NCBI RefSeq assembly: GCF_964204645.1
Contig: NC_134033.1
Coordinates: forward strand, 16,066,655 to 16,130,654
DNA from: Tubulanus polymorphus
Taxonomy: Eukaryota; Animalia; Nemertea
Direction of reading: 5' to 3'
DNA: 64,000 nucleotides
Part shown: positions 1 to 11,700 of the stretch, in pieces
How positions within the stretch are numbered: the stretch's first letter is position 1
Layout: each line of letters opens with the position of its first letter
Program-made: the position numbers and the translations under genes
Notes under the pieces: model-generated
What the model was told of the DNA's origin: nothing
Databases searched by the model: none
The model's input: the letters and a program-made list of their open reading frames with translations, nothing else

Positions 1-3000
1 CTGTTCGGCGGCTTTCGGCTCAAAATCTAAAAGCTAAACGTTCGAACAAATATTAGACAAGAATCAGTCTGTGGTTCCACCAGGTTATTCTGTATATGTG
101 TTTACCCTGATGGCTAAATCTTTGCGGTGGAAGTCGATGGCTTTATTCGCGATCTCGCAGTACGACACGCCCGGAGTGTCTCCTAATTTATTCGCGATCG
201 CCTGAGCGATCTGTTCATCGGGGACGTCCGTCTGCTGCACCTAGAAAATCAATACTCAATTCGTTATTCAACCCCAATCTGAGATCTCTTGAAAATCATT
301 TCAATATTCTTTAAATATGATTTCAATATTCACTACAACAAAAGAATCTCCCTTAGTAAATAATCCCAACAACAAAAACAAATCCCAACTCTACCGATTA
401 AGGCAAAGTTCATGTACAAAAAAACTAGAAAACAATCTCTAATTGCCTATTTCTCAAAATTGAAGGATTTTTAAAGGAGTTTCAGGCATTTTGCTCAAAT
501 TAAAGGAGTTTCAAGCACCTTCAAAAGCATTTTGCCTTTAGAATGAGTCTTTACGGAATTGAGAAGTCACAGGGACCATGTGAATTTAAAGAAGACTCTT
601 TTTCGTAAGGCATTCTATTTACTGGTAGATCGTATTTCACTCGTTACTTTACCTTAAAACAGGCCCAATGAGCCAGAATACGACTAGCACCTTCCCGTTC
701 GGGTATTTTCTGATATTGACATATTTTAATCGCCAGATAATACTGACGTCTATAGATTAATCTGTCGATCAGAACTCGCATCGTTAACTGTTGAAATCTA
801 TAGGAAACCGGCGTTAAGGAACAAAAGCACAAAACAGTGGACTCTGTTTAACCCAGGAGTCGATTACCTCTATCACGTGCCCCGGACTCTGTTTAACCCA
901 GGAGTCGATTACCTCTGATCATCACGTGCCCCAGACTCTGTTTACCCCGGGGTCGATTACCTCTGATCATCACGTGCCCCCGGACTCTGTTTACCCAGGA
1001 GTCGATTACCTCTATCACGTGCCCCGGACTCTGTTTACCCCAGAGTTTGATTACCTCTGATTATCGCGTGCCCCCGGAATCTGTTTACAATGGAGTTGAT
1101 TGCCCTGCCTGACAATATAATACACATTTCCACACTCCAATTTAGAGTATTAACGACCCATCCCTGCTCCGTCTGCCCTGGAATTCATGAACCGGAGAGA
1201 CCCGAGGTAAGCTGAGGCTGCTGTAATTCTTTGTGTCACCCACGGAACAGGGAGGAGGGTTGTTTATGTATAAAGGATACTGATTGAACGTCAGCGGAAT
1301 TCCGATAGTGTAATCTCGGATCGCGTTTAATACGCGCAACGTCTGACACATGTTCACGAACGATTCCGGTCGCATATCGGTCAAAAAACATTTACCGAAC
1401 GACGCCGCCTGAAAATAAACGACATCTTTCCGAAAACATGGCGACCAACAATAAATTCCCGAATGACATCATTAAACTGCCCTTTTGCTCGACCTACCGG
1501 TATCGTAAATTCTAACGAGAAATTTTAACACACAAAATTTCCCGAGTGAATCAGAGAAATTTCTAGGTTTAAAAAGTTACAATTCATTCCATTCTAATTG
1601 AATCACGTATTGATAAAGAAACACAAGGTCAATAACGTTAACCATAGCATTATCCAAACTCCCTAAGTTTTCCAGGTATTTTAGGAAAATTTGTCAAATT
1701 TCCTGAGCTTTCCCCGATTTTATCTAGATTTTTCAGGATTCCCTGAGTTTTCCAGGTCAGCGGTGCCACCCGCCGTATTTTTTTATTCAGAATTCAAGTA
1801 AAATCGACGAATTAAATTTCAGATGAAGTCGGTCCACGTTACCTTCAGGAGACTTTTCTGTCTAGACGTATTGAATTCCTGTCCGCCTGCTTCGATACAC
1901 TCGTCTACGGCGACGTCTAAACGGTCTTTGATCATACGGATGTAATCATCGGCGTGTTGACTTTTACGCTGGAACTGCTTCGACGCTTCGTACAACATCG
2001 CGCCGGGGCACATCGATCCGATCTTAAACACGTCCTCGCTAGCACCTGCAGCAACGATAACATCAATTATCAAACCGATCGTCCGCACTTCACATGTGTT
2101 CGGAACTATTTCACAAGAGATTATAATTGAAAATGAACTACAAACACCAGACATTAGACATTTTATCAGCTAACTTTCTGAAACTGGTCCTGGCACTACA
2201 ATACTGATGGGGCACAACATCCCGAGCTGAAAAGTTGCAGGTTACAGGCTACAACCTGTAATACGCTGAACCGCTACTTACTGGGAACTCTTTGTATGAA
2301 CTCGTGTAGATTATTACTGATAACTCGAATACCGTCGAGTTCCGGAACCAAGTGAATCGTGCCTTCGTAGAAATATTCGATTTTATCTTTTTTATGACCG
2401 ACGACCATCATTATTCCGTCGTCCCAAACAGCTACAACAGCGCCACCTCCGCACCTGAATTACACGTACATACGCTAGAATTCTACCTACAACGGTAACT
2501 ACACTCAGGTTCAAGATTTGTAAAATTGCTCGTTGAACAGTTTTGGGAAAGATGGTTTTTTCCCAGGCTAAAAATTAAGAATTAAATGAATAAGGGCCCC
2601 CCTCGTATGCTCAGCTTTAAATTTGTTTAGTTTATAACATATATATGTTTTCATGCTAAGTATCATCCCTAGTTTGTATCACATCTTATTCATCTGTTCT
2701 GGACTGTATTACACTAGAACTCCTGAAGTATCCCTGCAAATGACTATTTAGGATAAAGTTGAAACGTTGAATCAACTACTATAGTGAGTTTCATGAAAGT
2801 ATTTCACTGATCGTTAATCGGGTGAAATGTAAACATAGTCTCTCAACTGGTTACAGTGATAAACTGCCAGTCCAGGGGCCGGTTGCTCAAAAGTTAGTTA
2901 ACTTTTGAGCAACCGGCTTGGTTGGTTTAATAGACTGGTATCAACCTTAACCCCGGGGTTAACTCAATTGAAAATGAACCGAGTTAACCACGGGGTTTAG

Positions 3001-6000
3001 TCGTTAACAGTCTACATAAAACCCCCTCCATGTACAAGGTAGTACGTGATACTAACCATGAAAGCTGTTTAGGTTTAGTCGTGCGTCCGGTGTCGAATTC
3101 GCACGAGACCGTCTGTAAATCACAACGACCGATCCACAACGTACCGGTATCCGTATACAACGCTAGAAACCGATTATTGAAAGACGTCGCCATTTCTACA
3201 AACGCATTCGGCTGATTCTGTAAGTGCGGACACTGAAAATACAAGTGTTATAATACAGTAAATGTTTGACTTTGAGCAGAGAATATCCCGGACACAGTTC
3301 TGCAGTCCTCCGTAAACAGGGTTCTTACAGATCTAAAATTCCCTGATATTTTCCTGATCCTTGACCAAAAATTCCCTGCTTAAATTCTCAGATATTCTCT
3401 CATTATAAGATATTCCTTGTGCCACTCATCACCAGCAAGAACAACATGACACCAAAAATTCAAATTCCCTAAGTAAATTATAAGATATCCTCAGTGAGGT
3501 TCCCTGTGTCAGTCGTCACCAGCAAGAAAACATTCAGAATTCTCTACAGGTTAAAATAAATCCAGAATACCCTGACCTGAACAACCTTGGGTTAAATTTG
3601 ACTACACAAAGTTGAAATTAGTTCATCTTCAGTTAATCAAATCTGAACTCACAACTATGCGAGCGGTTTCAGAATCTAAATGGAAATTCTTCAGGAATTG
3701 ATAATTCGATGTGTTTACGTACGAGGTCCTGATGTTGTCCGCCGTGATCCAAAGAATAAAGCAGCGCGTCTTTAGCCACGAGCACTCGAGCCTGACGATC
3801 GTGATTTATAATAGTCCAACTGCTCGGCGCACGATCTAAACCTACAACGCAACAATCCATACTACAGTCCAAAATATCATCCCTCAAATAGTGCCAGTAA
3901 TATGTAGGGTGGCCAGTTCTATTTGAATTGACTTCCCCCCGACTATTCCTTGACATGTACACATTGTTTGACTTGATCTGCCAAGAATCCAATCAAGTAA
4001 CACAGTCCAATACGTAAGATATAGACAGAAACTGTTTGATTTCACACGCGATCTACCAATCTCAACAAATTTCCCTTTTTTCCAAAGTTTTTCCCACTAT
4101 TCCCTGACTTTTTTGAAGTCCTCTAAGAAATTTCCCTGACCTTTCTCTGACTTCCAGGTAGTGGCACCACCCTGTTTATATGGTGAACTCAACCACCGAC
4201 GTAGAGAATTAAAACCGATGAAGAAACCTACCGGGAATGTCGGCCATTTTGCGAATTCTCGGATCATCGATGTTGTTCACGACGAATATTCGATAATTAG
4301 CGGTGATGACGGCGAGTCCCGTTCCGTTGTAGCTGTTGAAAAACTTACAATCGATCACTTTCATATCCATCGCTTCCTGCAAACAACAAACACAATTACC
4401 TGAACGGTCGCTAAAAACAGCACTACGTATCATATCATCAAACATCGCATCATCATATCTTATACCATATATATCATATCATATATCGTATCATTTATCA
4501 TATCATATCCTATCATATATGATAAAATATATCATATTATATATCATACAATTTATCATATATAATATCTGTCAGGGTCCCGACCCCTGTTTTCCTATTG
4601 AAGTTGCCCTTTTCATCATCAAAACCTGCAAATTTTACACTCATTCCCTCTGTATCGGCATCTTTTAGGGCGTCTTCACCCGTCAAGGGATTCGAACCCA
4701 CTACGCTAAAGCTGTTCCCCGAACCCCTTGACCTCACGAGTCGTTGGAGTCGTTACTAGCCGACCAGAATCCGGTCGTACCAAACACAGCGCTTGTAACA
4801 AACCGACAGTAGACTTCTGTTGGTTTTCCCGTTAATTGACCAATCAGCGAACGTTTTACCGAACAAGGAAGTATTTCGCAAATCGATATATGACGTCACG
4901 CGCAACAGTGCCAGTAATGAAATCACGCTTCGTGAGGCCAGGGGGCTGGTGGAAGCGAGTTCGGGAGTGATACCGGACCCCTGGCAAGCGAGGATGCTTT
5001 GAGGGTGTATTTCTTCAAAAATATATCAACACCGAGGGAGGGTCCCCGCTTGAAGAATACATTGAAATGGCTGCTCTTAACGCGACAATGCCTTTTTTTC
5101 CGAACCCGGCCTTCCAACTTTCCCAGATCCACCATTGCATCATATAGGGCCTACCTCAATATTATATCATACCCTATATCATATCGTCTTTATCGTACCT
5201 GACCCATAGAGAAAGTGCGTTGGTAAACTCCGTACATGTTGTGTATTAAAACGCTTCCGTTGTCCTGGCAACACAACAATTCCTCCGACGTGGACCAGCC
5301 GAGCTCGAGAATAGTACCACTAGTCCACTACAACCGAAAAAAAATAATCAGGGTCCCTACACATCAGTCATTCCAGAATTCAAGGAGTTTTCAAGGGGAA
5401 AATTTAATATTTCAAGGAGCGTCTGCATCACTTTCATATCCCAATTCATGTCGACTGCCCCTAAATCGGTACTTATTTTAAACCATTTAATTCAGTGGAA
5501 TCTGTGAGTATAAAGACTAGACCTAAAACCTAAACATTTTTCTCACAGCCAATTTCGCAAATCATTTTTAGCGTTACCCGTTTTTGAGCGATCAGTTGCC
5601 CGGACGACGTATAGATGAGGATGACCGGTTTCGTATTACTGGGAACTGTCGAGAATCTGGCAGTATCTCGCAGTACAGCTAAAAATATCGATATATAACA
5701 ATGTCAATACGAGATCGACGGCAGCCTCCCCCCCCGGCGTGCGGGAAGACGAGAATTCAATCTTACCGATCGGTCCTCCATAATTGGCGGCTGTGATTTT
5801 ATAACGATCTAAATTGACCTCTTGCGTCCAGGCCGTCCCAAAATTGTACAGTTCGAATTTCCTACAAAAATTGCATCATCATAAAAAAACCCTCGTAGCC
5901 TTTCAACAGGCGAACGGTTTTTGACAGCGCTATTCTAGATAAACAAAATAGCACCTAGGATAATGGGATCGAAAATTTATTTTGTCAGGCCCCTGCGGTC

Positions 6001-6560
6001 AGACCTAGGCGTCGGAATAAGAAAACAACAGTTAACCCCCCAGATTAGAAACCCCCTCTGCGGGCGCTACTCTGACGCTACCTTCTACCCCTACATACAG
6101 TAGTACTGAATTTTTAAAGGGTCTTATTACGCAGCTCAATACTTGCTTGCCAGGGTTTAATTGTCTGACCGCAATGATTAGCAAGCGAGGATGGTGCATC
6201 TCCGGCCCTATCGTCTCGTGTCATGATATGACTGGGTGAAATCCAGTTAATGGATGGGCTGGCAGAATGTGACTGGAACTTGGAATGGAAGAGAAGTAAC
6301 TAAACTTAGTAGGACCTTAAGGCCCTAATAAGAGCTAGCTGTCAAACTAAAAAAAAAAACAATTTAAAAGGTGTCGATGACTTGTCTGCTGATCTGACAG
6401 GCGTCATGAATTGATACGTCTCACGCACAGATCTATGACGTATACACAATAAATATAGAAATTTCTGAATAATGCGGTTAAACCTGTAAAAATCATTTCC
6501 CAGCGGATCCCAATCGGCAGTCGGTGAATCGTAATCTTCACCCATCATAAACGACGCCAT
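1..6560 (-). CDS. VPS16: Vacuolar protein sorting 16 (HOPS/CORVET core subunit), 5' part; gene continues past the left edge
   Basis: Phase-consistent GT-AG exons read manually: 6560-6484, 5861-5767, 5678-5578, 5327-5199, 4376-4232, 3841-3723, 3232-3057, 2454-2282, 2045-1843, 1408-1281, 797-653, 240-106, 33-<1. Peptides [59 protein letters not shown] and GVSYCEIA are characteristic of Vps16. Confidence 0.97.
798..1280 (-). other. U12-type (minor spliceosome) GT-AG intron of VPS16
   Basis: 5' splice site GTATCCTTT at 1280-1272. Branch site TTCCTTAAC at 821-813, about 16 nt upstream of the AG (799-798). The frame is preserved across the intron (CA|A = Gln). Confidence 0.95.
838..1105. repeat. 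Minisatellite, ~45-50 bp unit (ggactctgtttaacccaggagtcgattacctct...cacgtgcccc), ~5.5 copies
   Basis: Tandem copies seen directly inside the U12 intron. Confidence 0.9.
2872..3010. mobile_element. Palindromic MITE-like repeat (ggttgctcaaaagtt...aacttttgagcaacc)
   Basis: Self-complementary core. Related copies lie near 58069-58146, 62595-62712 and 63015-63125. Confidence 0.55.
3318..3575. mobile_element. Non-autonomous DNA-transposon-like repeat beginning cagggttcttacag
   Basis: Shares terminal and internal sequence (ttgtgccactcatcaccagcaagaacaac...accaaaaattcaaattcc) with 43242-43653 in the opposite orientation. Confidence 0.6.
4427..4570. repeat. Degenerate (ATATC)n simple repeat
   Basis: Visible low-complexity tract. 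Confidence 0.8.
4672..4996 (-). mobile_element. Interspersed repeat with B-box-like motif (possibly SINE-derived)
   Basis: Shares tcttcaccc.tcaagggattcgaacccactacgctaaa.ctgttccccgaac, gaagcgagttcgggagtgata and cccctggcaagcgaggatg with 40552-40735. Confidence 0.55.
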
Positions 6561-6609
6561 GTTGAATATGCATTAAAACACGGAATCGGACCGAATACCT
6601 GCGGGGACA

Positions 6610-6755
6610 TCATCATTCGTCATTCGCTATTCGTCATTTGCTATTCGTCAATCGCTAATAGTCAAATGCGTCGCACATGCGCATACACACGGTTGTCGTG
6701 CCAAGAAGAATTTGTCAATGACGTCATATATAAATAATAACATAACCACGTGCGT
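6610..6755 (-). promoter_or_regulatory. VPS16 proximal promoter motifs
   Basis: NRF1-like GCACATGCGCA (6673-6683), CRE TGACGTCA (6719-6726) and E-box CACGTG (6747-6752), all within 200 bp upstream of the ATG. Confidence 0.5.
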
Positions 6756-6894
6756 ATACTCTGGTATCAGTCGTTATCAGACTTCGGTGAAAACGAGTAC
6801 AATCGCAGAACGACTGTACTATCCCTTGACTGGTTGCTGAGCCTAGACTATTACTTCTCTTCCATTCCAAGCCCAGTCACATTCTGCTAGTATG

Positions 6895-7037
6895 TTGGTT
6901 CAAACCCAGTAATTACTGATACTGATTCAGAGTGTGGTCCTATAATGCTAAACGGAGGATGTACAGGGGTGTCCCGGGTTCGAACCCGTAATTGACGCTG
7001 ATTCAGAGTGGTCCTGATGCTGAGAGGATGTACAGGT
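6895..7037. repeat. ~75-bp repeat family with GGTTCGAACCC (B-box-like) motif, 2 copies
   Basis: ggttcgaaccc.gtaatt...tgattcagagtggtcctgatgct...ggatgtacagg. Related copies at 37310-37440 and 52690-52835. Confidence 0.75.
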
Positions 7038-7309
7038 TGACTGTGAATGAACTAACTCATTACTCGCGCGCCGCAGTAGGAAATTTGAACTATCAGTTAG
7101 TTCCAAATTTACCGCTCAGATACGCAAAGGGGCAGCTCCCAACAGTAAGAAACCGACTGTATGAACTGAATAAGAATTGAATAGATTCGTAATTAAGAGT
7201 GAGAGCCATCACAGGGTTCACTCACTCACACTACCGATCACAAATTTGGGCTACTGTTAATGAGATAAAAACCCACTATCTACAGATTAAAAGAATTTTA
7301 AAATCAAGA

Positions 7310-7383
7310 ATTTATTTATTCGAACAATTTAAAATATATAAAATACACGAAGTTTCGATCTCACCCTAGAGATCATCGTCACT
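7310..7383 (-). mobile_element. Penelope-like element pLTR remnant with hammerhead-like core
   Basis: Minus strand reads (G)TGACGA-T-GATCTC-tagggt-GAGATC-GAAAC followed by AATAAA. The first core C is missing. Confidence 0.5.
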
Positions 7384-7599
7384 ATCCGTTCACCAAGTTT
7401 GAGTGTGGTTATCGTACTATTGGGCTACTGTTATTGACGTTTCAAATTATACCCTCTGAAATTACATCCGTCATCTGAAACATCTCCGTACATATTTCAT
7501 CTTCAAATCAATATCACCGAGTAGGCCACCCCTCATCACAATCTGAAACATCGAAAAAAAAGAAACAGACTTGGGGCAAATTACCAAGTCCTGTGAAAT

Positions 7600-7682
7600 A
7601 AAAAAGCGAGCCGACAGGACTCGAAACTGTGGTCTCCGGTGTTCCAGGCGAGATTTCTAACCACTAGACCATATATCGGTGT
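7600..7682 (-). mobile_element. tRNA-derived pseudogene or SINE head
   Basis: A box TGGTCTAGTGG, B box GTTTCGAGTCC, acceptor-like ccgata/tgtcgg pairing and a T6 terminator. The anticodon stem is imperfect. Confidence 0.6.
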
Positions 7683-7920
7683 GTGTAAGTTTGTCTCGTA
7701 TGTGATTTCGTATGTGTTCAGTTTGCTTAAAATCGATTTTCAGAATGCATCTTAAACAGTTTGTCAAACAGATTAAGTTAAACAGATAACTGGGGTAAAC
7801 TGAGGACACATCAGTGGAATATTAATTGAATTTGCGTGTATTCGAACCAAATGGAATTTTTTGTGGCGTTGATCAGGTTCGAATCCCACCAGAAAATGAT
7901 TTTCTAAACTTGGCGGTAAT

Positions 7921-8015
7921 ATTGGTACTTCTCATTGGCCAGGATCAGTGACGTCACACTGTTGGTATAAAAACTCAGGTCAGCTGATCCCTCTTTCCAG
8001 TTCGGCCATTTTCAG
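7921..8015 (+). promoter_or_regulatory. Pol II core promoter and short non-coding exon 1 of the orphan gene
   Basis: ATTGG (reverse CCAAT) at 7921 and 7934, TGACGTCA 7949-7956, TATAAAA 7966-7972, Inr-like CCAGTT around 7999, donor CAG|GTAAGC at 8015/8016. Confidence 0.7.
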
Positions 8016-8754
8016 GTAAGCAAAACGTCGTCCATTTTATTTAATTCTTTCGATCAAATTTATTTATCAATCTTACTTGTAAATTTTTTACATATAGACC
8101 TTAGGTTTCGCATACGGCTTTATGTAAGACAATTTCAAGAGTTCCGAAAGTTCGGATTATATTATATAGGTGTTTAATTATGACATTTCCATTTTGACGT
8201 TCCTTTTGCTCTAAATTGTCCAAATGGTGTTTTTAACATTTAGAAGTAAATTACAACATTTGATTTGCAATTTCGCTCTCGTAATAATGAAGACGTTATT
8301 GTGATTTTATTGAGGAAACTATACAATTTATTTATGAAATTTTCGGAATCAGTTTATATGGTGTTCAAATCGACGCGCTAAAGCGGCTAGTTGACATGCC
8401 TAGGTGTAATACACAGACAGCTCAGTCTATTCAACCATGACTCGAATCCATAGAAACCTTTCATTCGAAGCGTCGTTCAACTTAATTCTGGTGGCTTCTA
8501 TATTTAATATTTAGAAAATTATGATACCCAATAATTTAACGTTAATTATTATTATTACTTAATAGAAACTCGATTTAGCTATTTCTTAGAGTCAATAATT
8601 TTCGATTTTCTTGATTTTAATAAGATTGTTATTACATTGCAGTAGCAGCAGCAGCATCAACAGCAGCAGTTAAAAAAGCAACAGTCATAAAAGCAACAGC
8701 AGCAGTACAACGACAACTACAACAATTACAACTTCAACAATTAAAACTTTGAAT

Positions 8755-11700
8755 ATGTCTACAAAATATGACCTTTTTTCGGGACTGTTGAAGCTGGTTC
8801 GCGCCGAGGTGCTGACTCTAGACCCTGAAACCCTCGGCGCGTTTTTTGATTTGAGTAAGTACAAACTCTACTTCATCAATCTTAATTAGATCATCTTGAA
8901 TACCTCAAATTCTCGATTATTTTTGACGAAAATCTCAAATTATTTGATTTCCAACATCTGAAATTATTTGATCTAAAATTCACAATTATTTCATCTCAAA
9001 TCTCCGCATTATTGGATATCCTAAATCTCAAATTGTCTCAATCTCAATTATTTCGAATATCATCAATTAAAAAATCTAATATCGTCTAATGTCAATTTCA
9101 TTCAATCCTCTTTAATTTCGGGAAACTCAATTTATGTCTCACACTGATTTAATTTTGAAAATATCATTTTATGTTTCTAGTCTTTTATTCTATTTCAAAT
9201 TTCAATTGTTCGATTATAAATTTTTCATTTTGACGAATGATGCAATTCTGTCACCACCCTTAAACTCGATTGAATTTGGTAACAAATCTAATGGTGAATA
9301 AATTTTGAATTGAATTGAATAGTGAGTAGAGACTCTGGTGGATGAGAATTAACTTGAGGAAGTAACCTCATTTCCTGGTTCCTGGTTTCGGTTTCAAATA
9401 TCGTCGAAATTGTGATATATTCCTCATGTTATTCATTTGAATGCTGTATCCAGTCAATAGAGATAAGTTACAACATAAATAGTTAAAACTGTCTAGGCCT
9501 CCAGACCAATGCACTTCATAGAAAATCCTGATTTACGTTCGATAAATCAAGTAATTGGACTGCGCAGTTCAGTCCATTTACTATTTAGTCAGTAAGCAGA
9601 CTTCAGTTTAGTCAATATTTTAATCAGTAACTGGACTGGCCGGGTTTAGTCCATAGTGTATTTAGTCAATAACTGGACTGCGATGTAGTCCATAGTTAAG
9701 TCAATAACTGAACTGCGGTTAGGTCCATATTTTAGTCAATAACTGGACTGCGGTTTAGTCCATAGTTAAGTCAATAACTGGACTGCGGTTAGGTCCATAG
9801 TTTAGTCAATAACTGGACTACGTTTTAGTCCATAGTTTAGTCAATAACTGGACTGCGGTTTAGTCCATAATTTTGTCAATAACTGGACTGCGGTTTAGTC
9901 CATAGTTTAGTCAATAACTGGATTGCGGTTTAGTCCATAGTTTAGTTAATAATTAAGTCAGGAACCGGATAGCTGTTTTGTCCGTATCCAGATACCCGTC
10001 ACATTTTGGGACCAACATTTTAGATACCGCTGAAAAGTAGCACTAGTATTTACGGTACTTTTGTTTTTCTCTGCGACTCCAGGATCCGAAAACATGTGAT
10101 TTTCTTTTTTATTAATCATTCGTCAATCGTCAGGAAATTCAGGATCACTATTTTTGATTTATTGGTTAAACTTTGTTCTTCGTATCTCTAGGTAGTTGCT
10201 CACAACAGTTTGAGATCCCGAGATTATAGCGGGAAGGAGGTATACCTCGCAACTGCTATCATTTCGGCTAACTATTCTAAAGCCACACCCACTCGATGTT
10301 TATACTAGATCTAAACTAAGGATATGATGTTTGATAGGAATGTCTTTCACTAGCTCGGCTCATAGTCCGAATCTTCATCGCCTAATGGTTGGCAAATCCT
10401 AGATATTGCGGCCTTGCGGCAAATACAGTTTACACACGATTTATTTCTAATGGATTCATTATTACGGTCAATGGTTGGTGCCTCGTTAGGTACTGAGTCT
10501 TATACAGTGAGTTTACTCAGTATCGGGACCACAGTTTAGTCAGTATCAGGACCACAGTTTACTCAGTATCGGGACCACAGTTTAGTCAGTATCGGTACCA
10601 CAGTTTAGTCAGTATCAGGACCACAGTTTAGTCAGTATCGGGACCACAGTTTAGTCAGTATCGGGATCACAGTTTACTCAGTATCGGTACCACAGTTTAG
10701 TCAGTATCAGGACCACAGTTTAGTCAGTATCGGGACCACAGTTTAGTCAGTATCGGGATCACAGTTTACTCAGTATCGGGACCACAGTTTAGTCGGTATC
10801 CGGACCACAGTTTAGTCAGTATCGGGACCACAGTTTAGTCAGTATCGGGACCACAGTTTAGTCAGTATCGGAACCCCAGTTTAGTCAGTATCAGGACCAC
10901 AGTTACGTCAGTATCCGGACCACAGTTACGTCAGTATCCGGACCACAGTTTACTCAGTATCGGGACCACAGTTTACTCAGTATCGGGACCACAGCTTAGT
11001 CAGTATCGGGACCACAGTTTAGTCAGTATCGGGACCACAGTTTAGTCAGTATCGGTACCACAGTTTACTCAGTATCAGGACCATAGTTTAGTCAGTATCG
11101 GGACCACAGTTTAGTCAGCATCGGAACTGTGATTTATTTCGTTCTGAGACCAGATTTTATCAAATTTCCGATAGGCCGATAATTCAGATAGGCCTACCCT
11201 TTGACTTCATGTTTTTTTTCAGAATTCTTTTATTTTCTTAAAGCCATGAAATGTATTTCCTCTACCGTTATCCAGGCCTGACATTTATCTAGGTCTATCC
11301 TGTTTTACACCTTACAAGTTCGACGGCAACATTTCATATTGTTTTTTCTGTAAACGGCTGCAGCTGTATTTATAGTGAATTATTCCACTGAATAATTCTA
11401 TACTTGAAGGGTAAGTAGTGACTTATTTGAAATACTTAATGAATGCATGTGATATAATAGGCCTAAATTTTAAATATCGTTTATTGTTCGCTGTTTAATG
11501 ATGTTTGATTTTTATAGATAAAAATCTTATTGTAATTTGTAGTGAATGGATTTGATTGTATGAAGTTGCAGCAGCAGACAGTGTCGTGTGAAATGGTTTT
11601 TACCCCTGATGGTTGTTTCTGAAGGTACAGTAGTGGACAGTGTCGAGTGAAATGGATCTTACCCCGACGGTTGTTTCTGAAAGTAAAAGTTGAAGATTTT

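Noticed and set aside
7600-7682. Functional tRNA genes here and at 42030-42105
   Set aside because: A and B boxes are present but the cloverleaf stems are broken; these are better explained as SINE heads or pseudogenes.
9555-11125. CRISPR-like appearance of the 35-bp and 23-bp arrays (and the 62-bp array)
   Set aside because: Units are head-to-tail with no unique spacers, there are no cas genes, and the context is eukaryotic.
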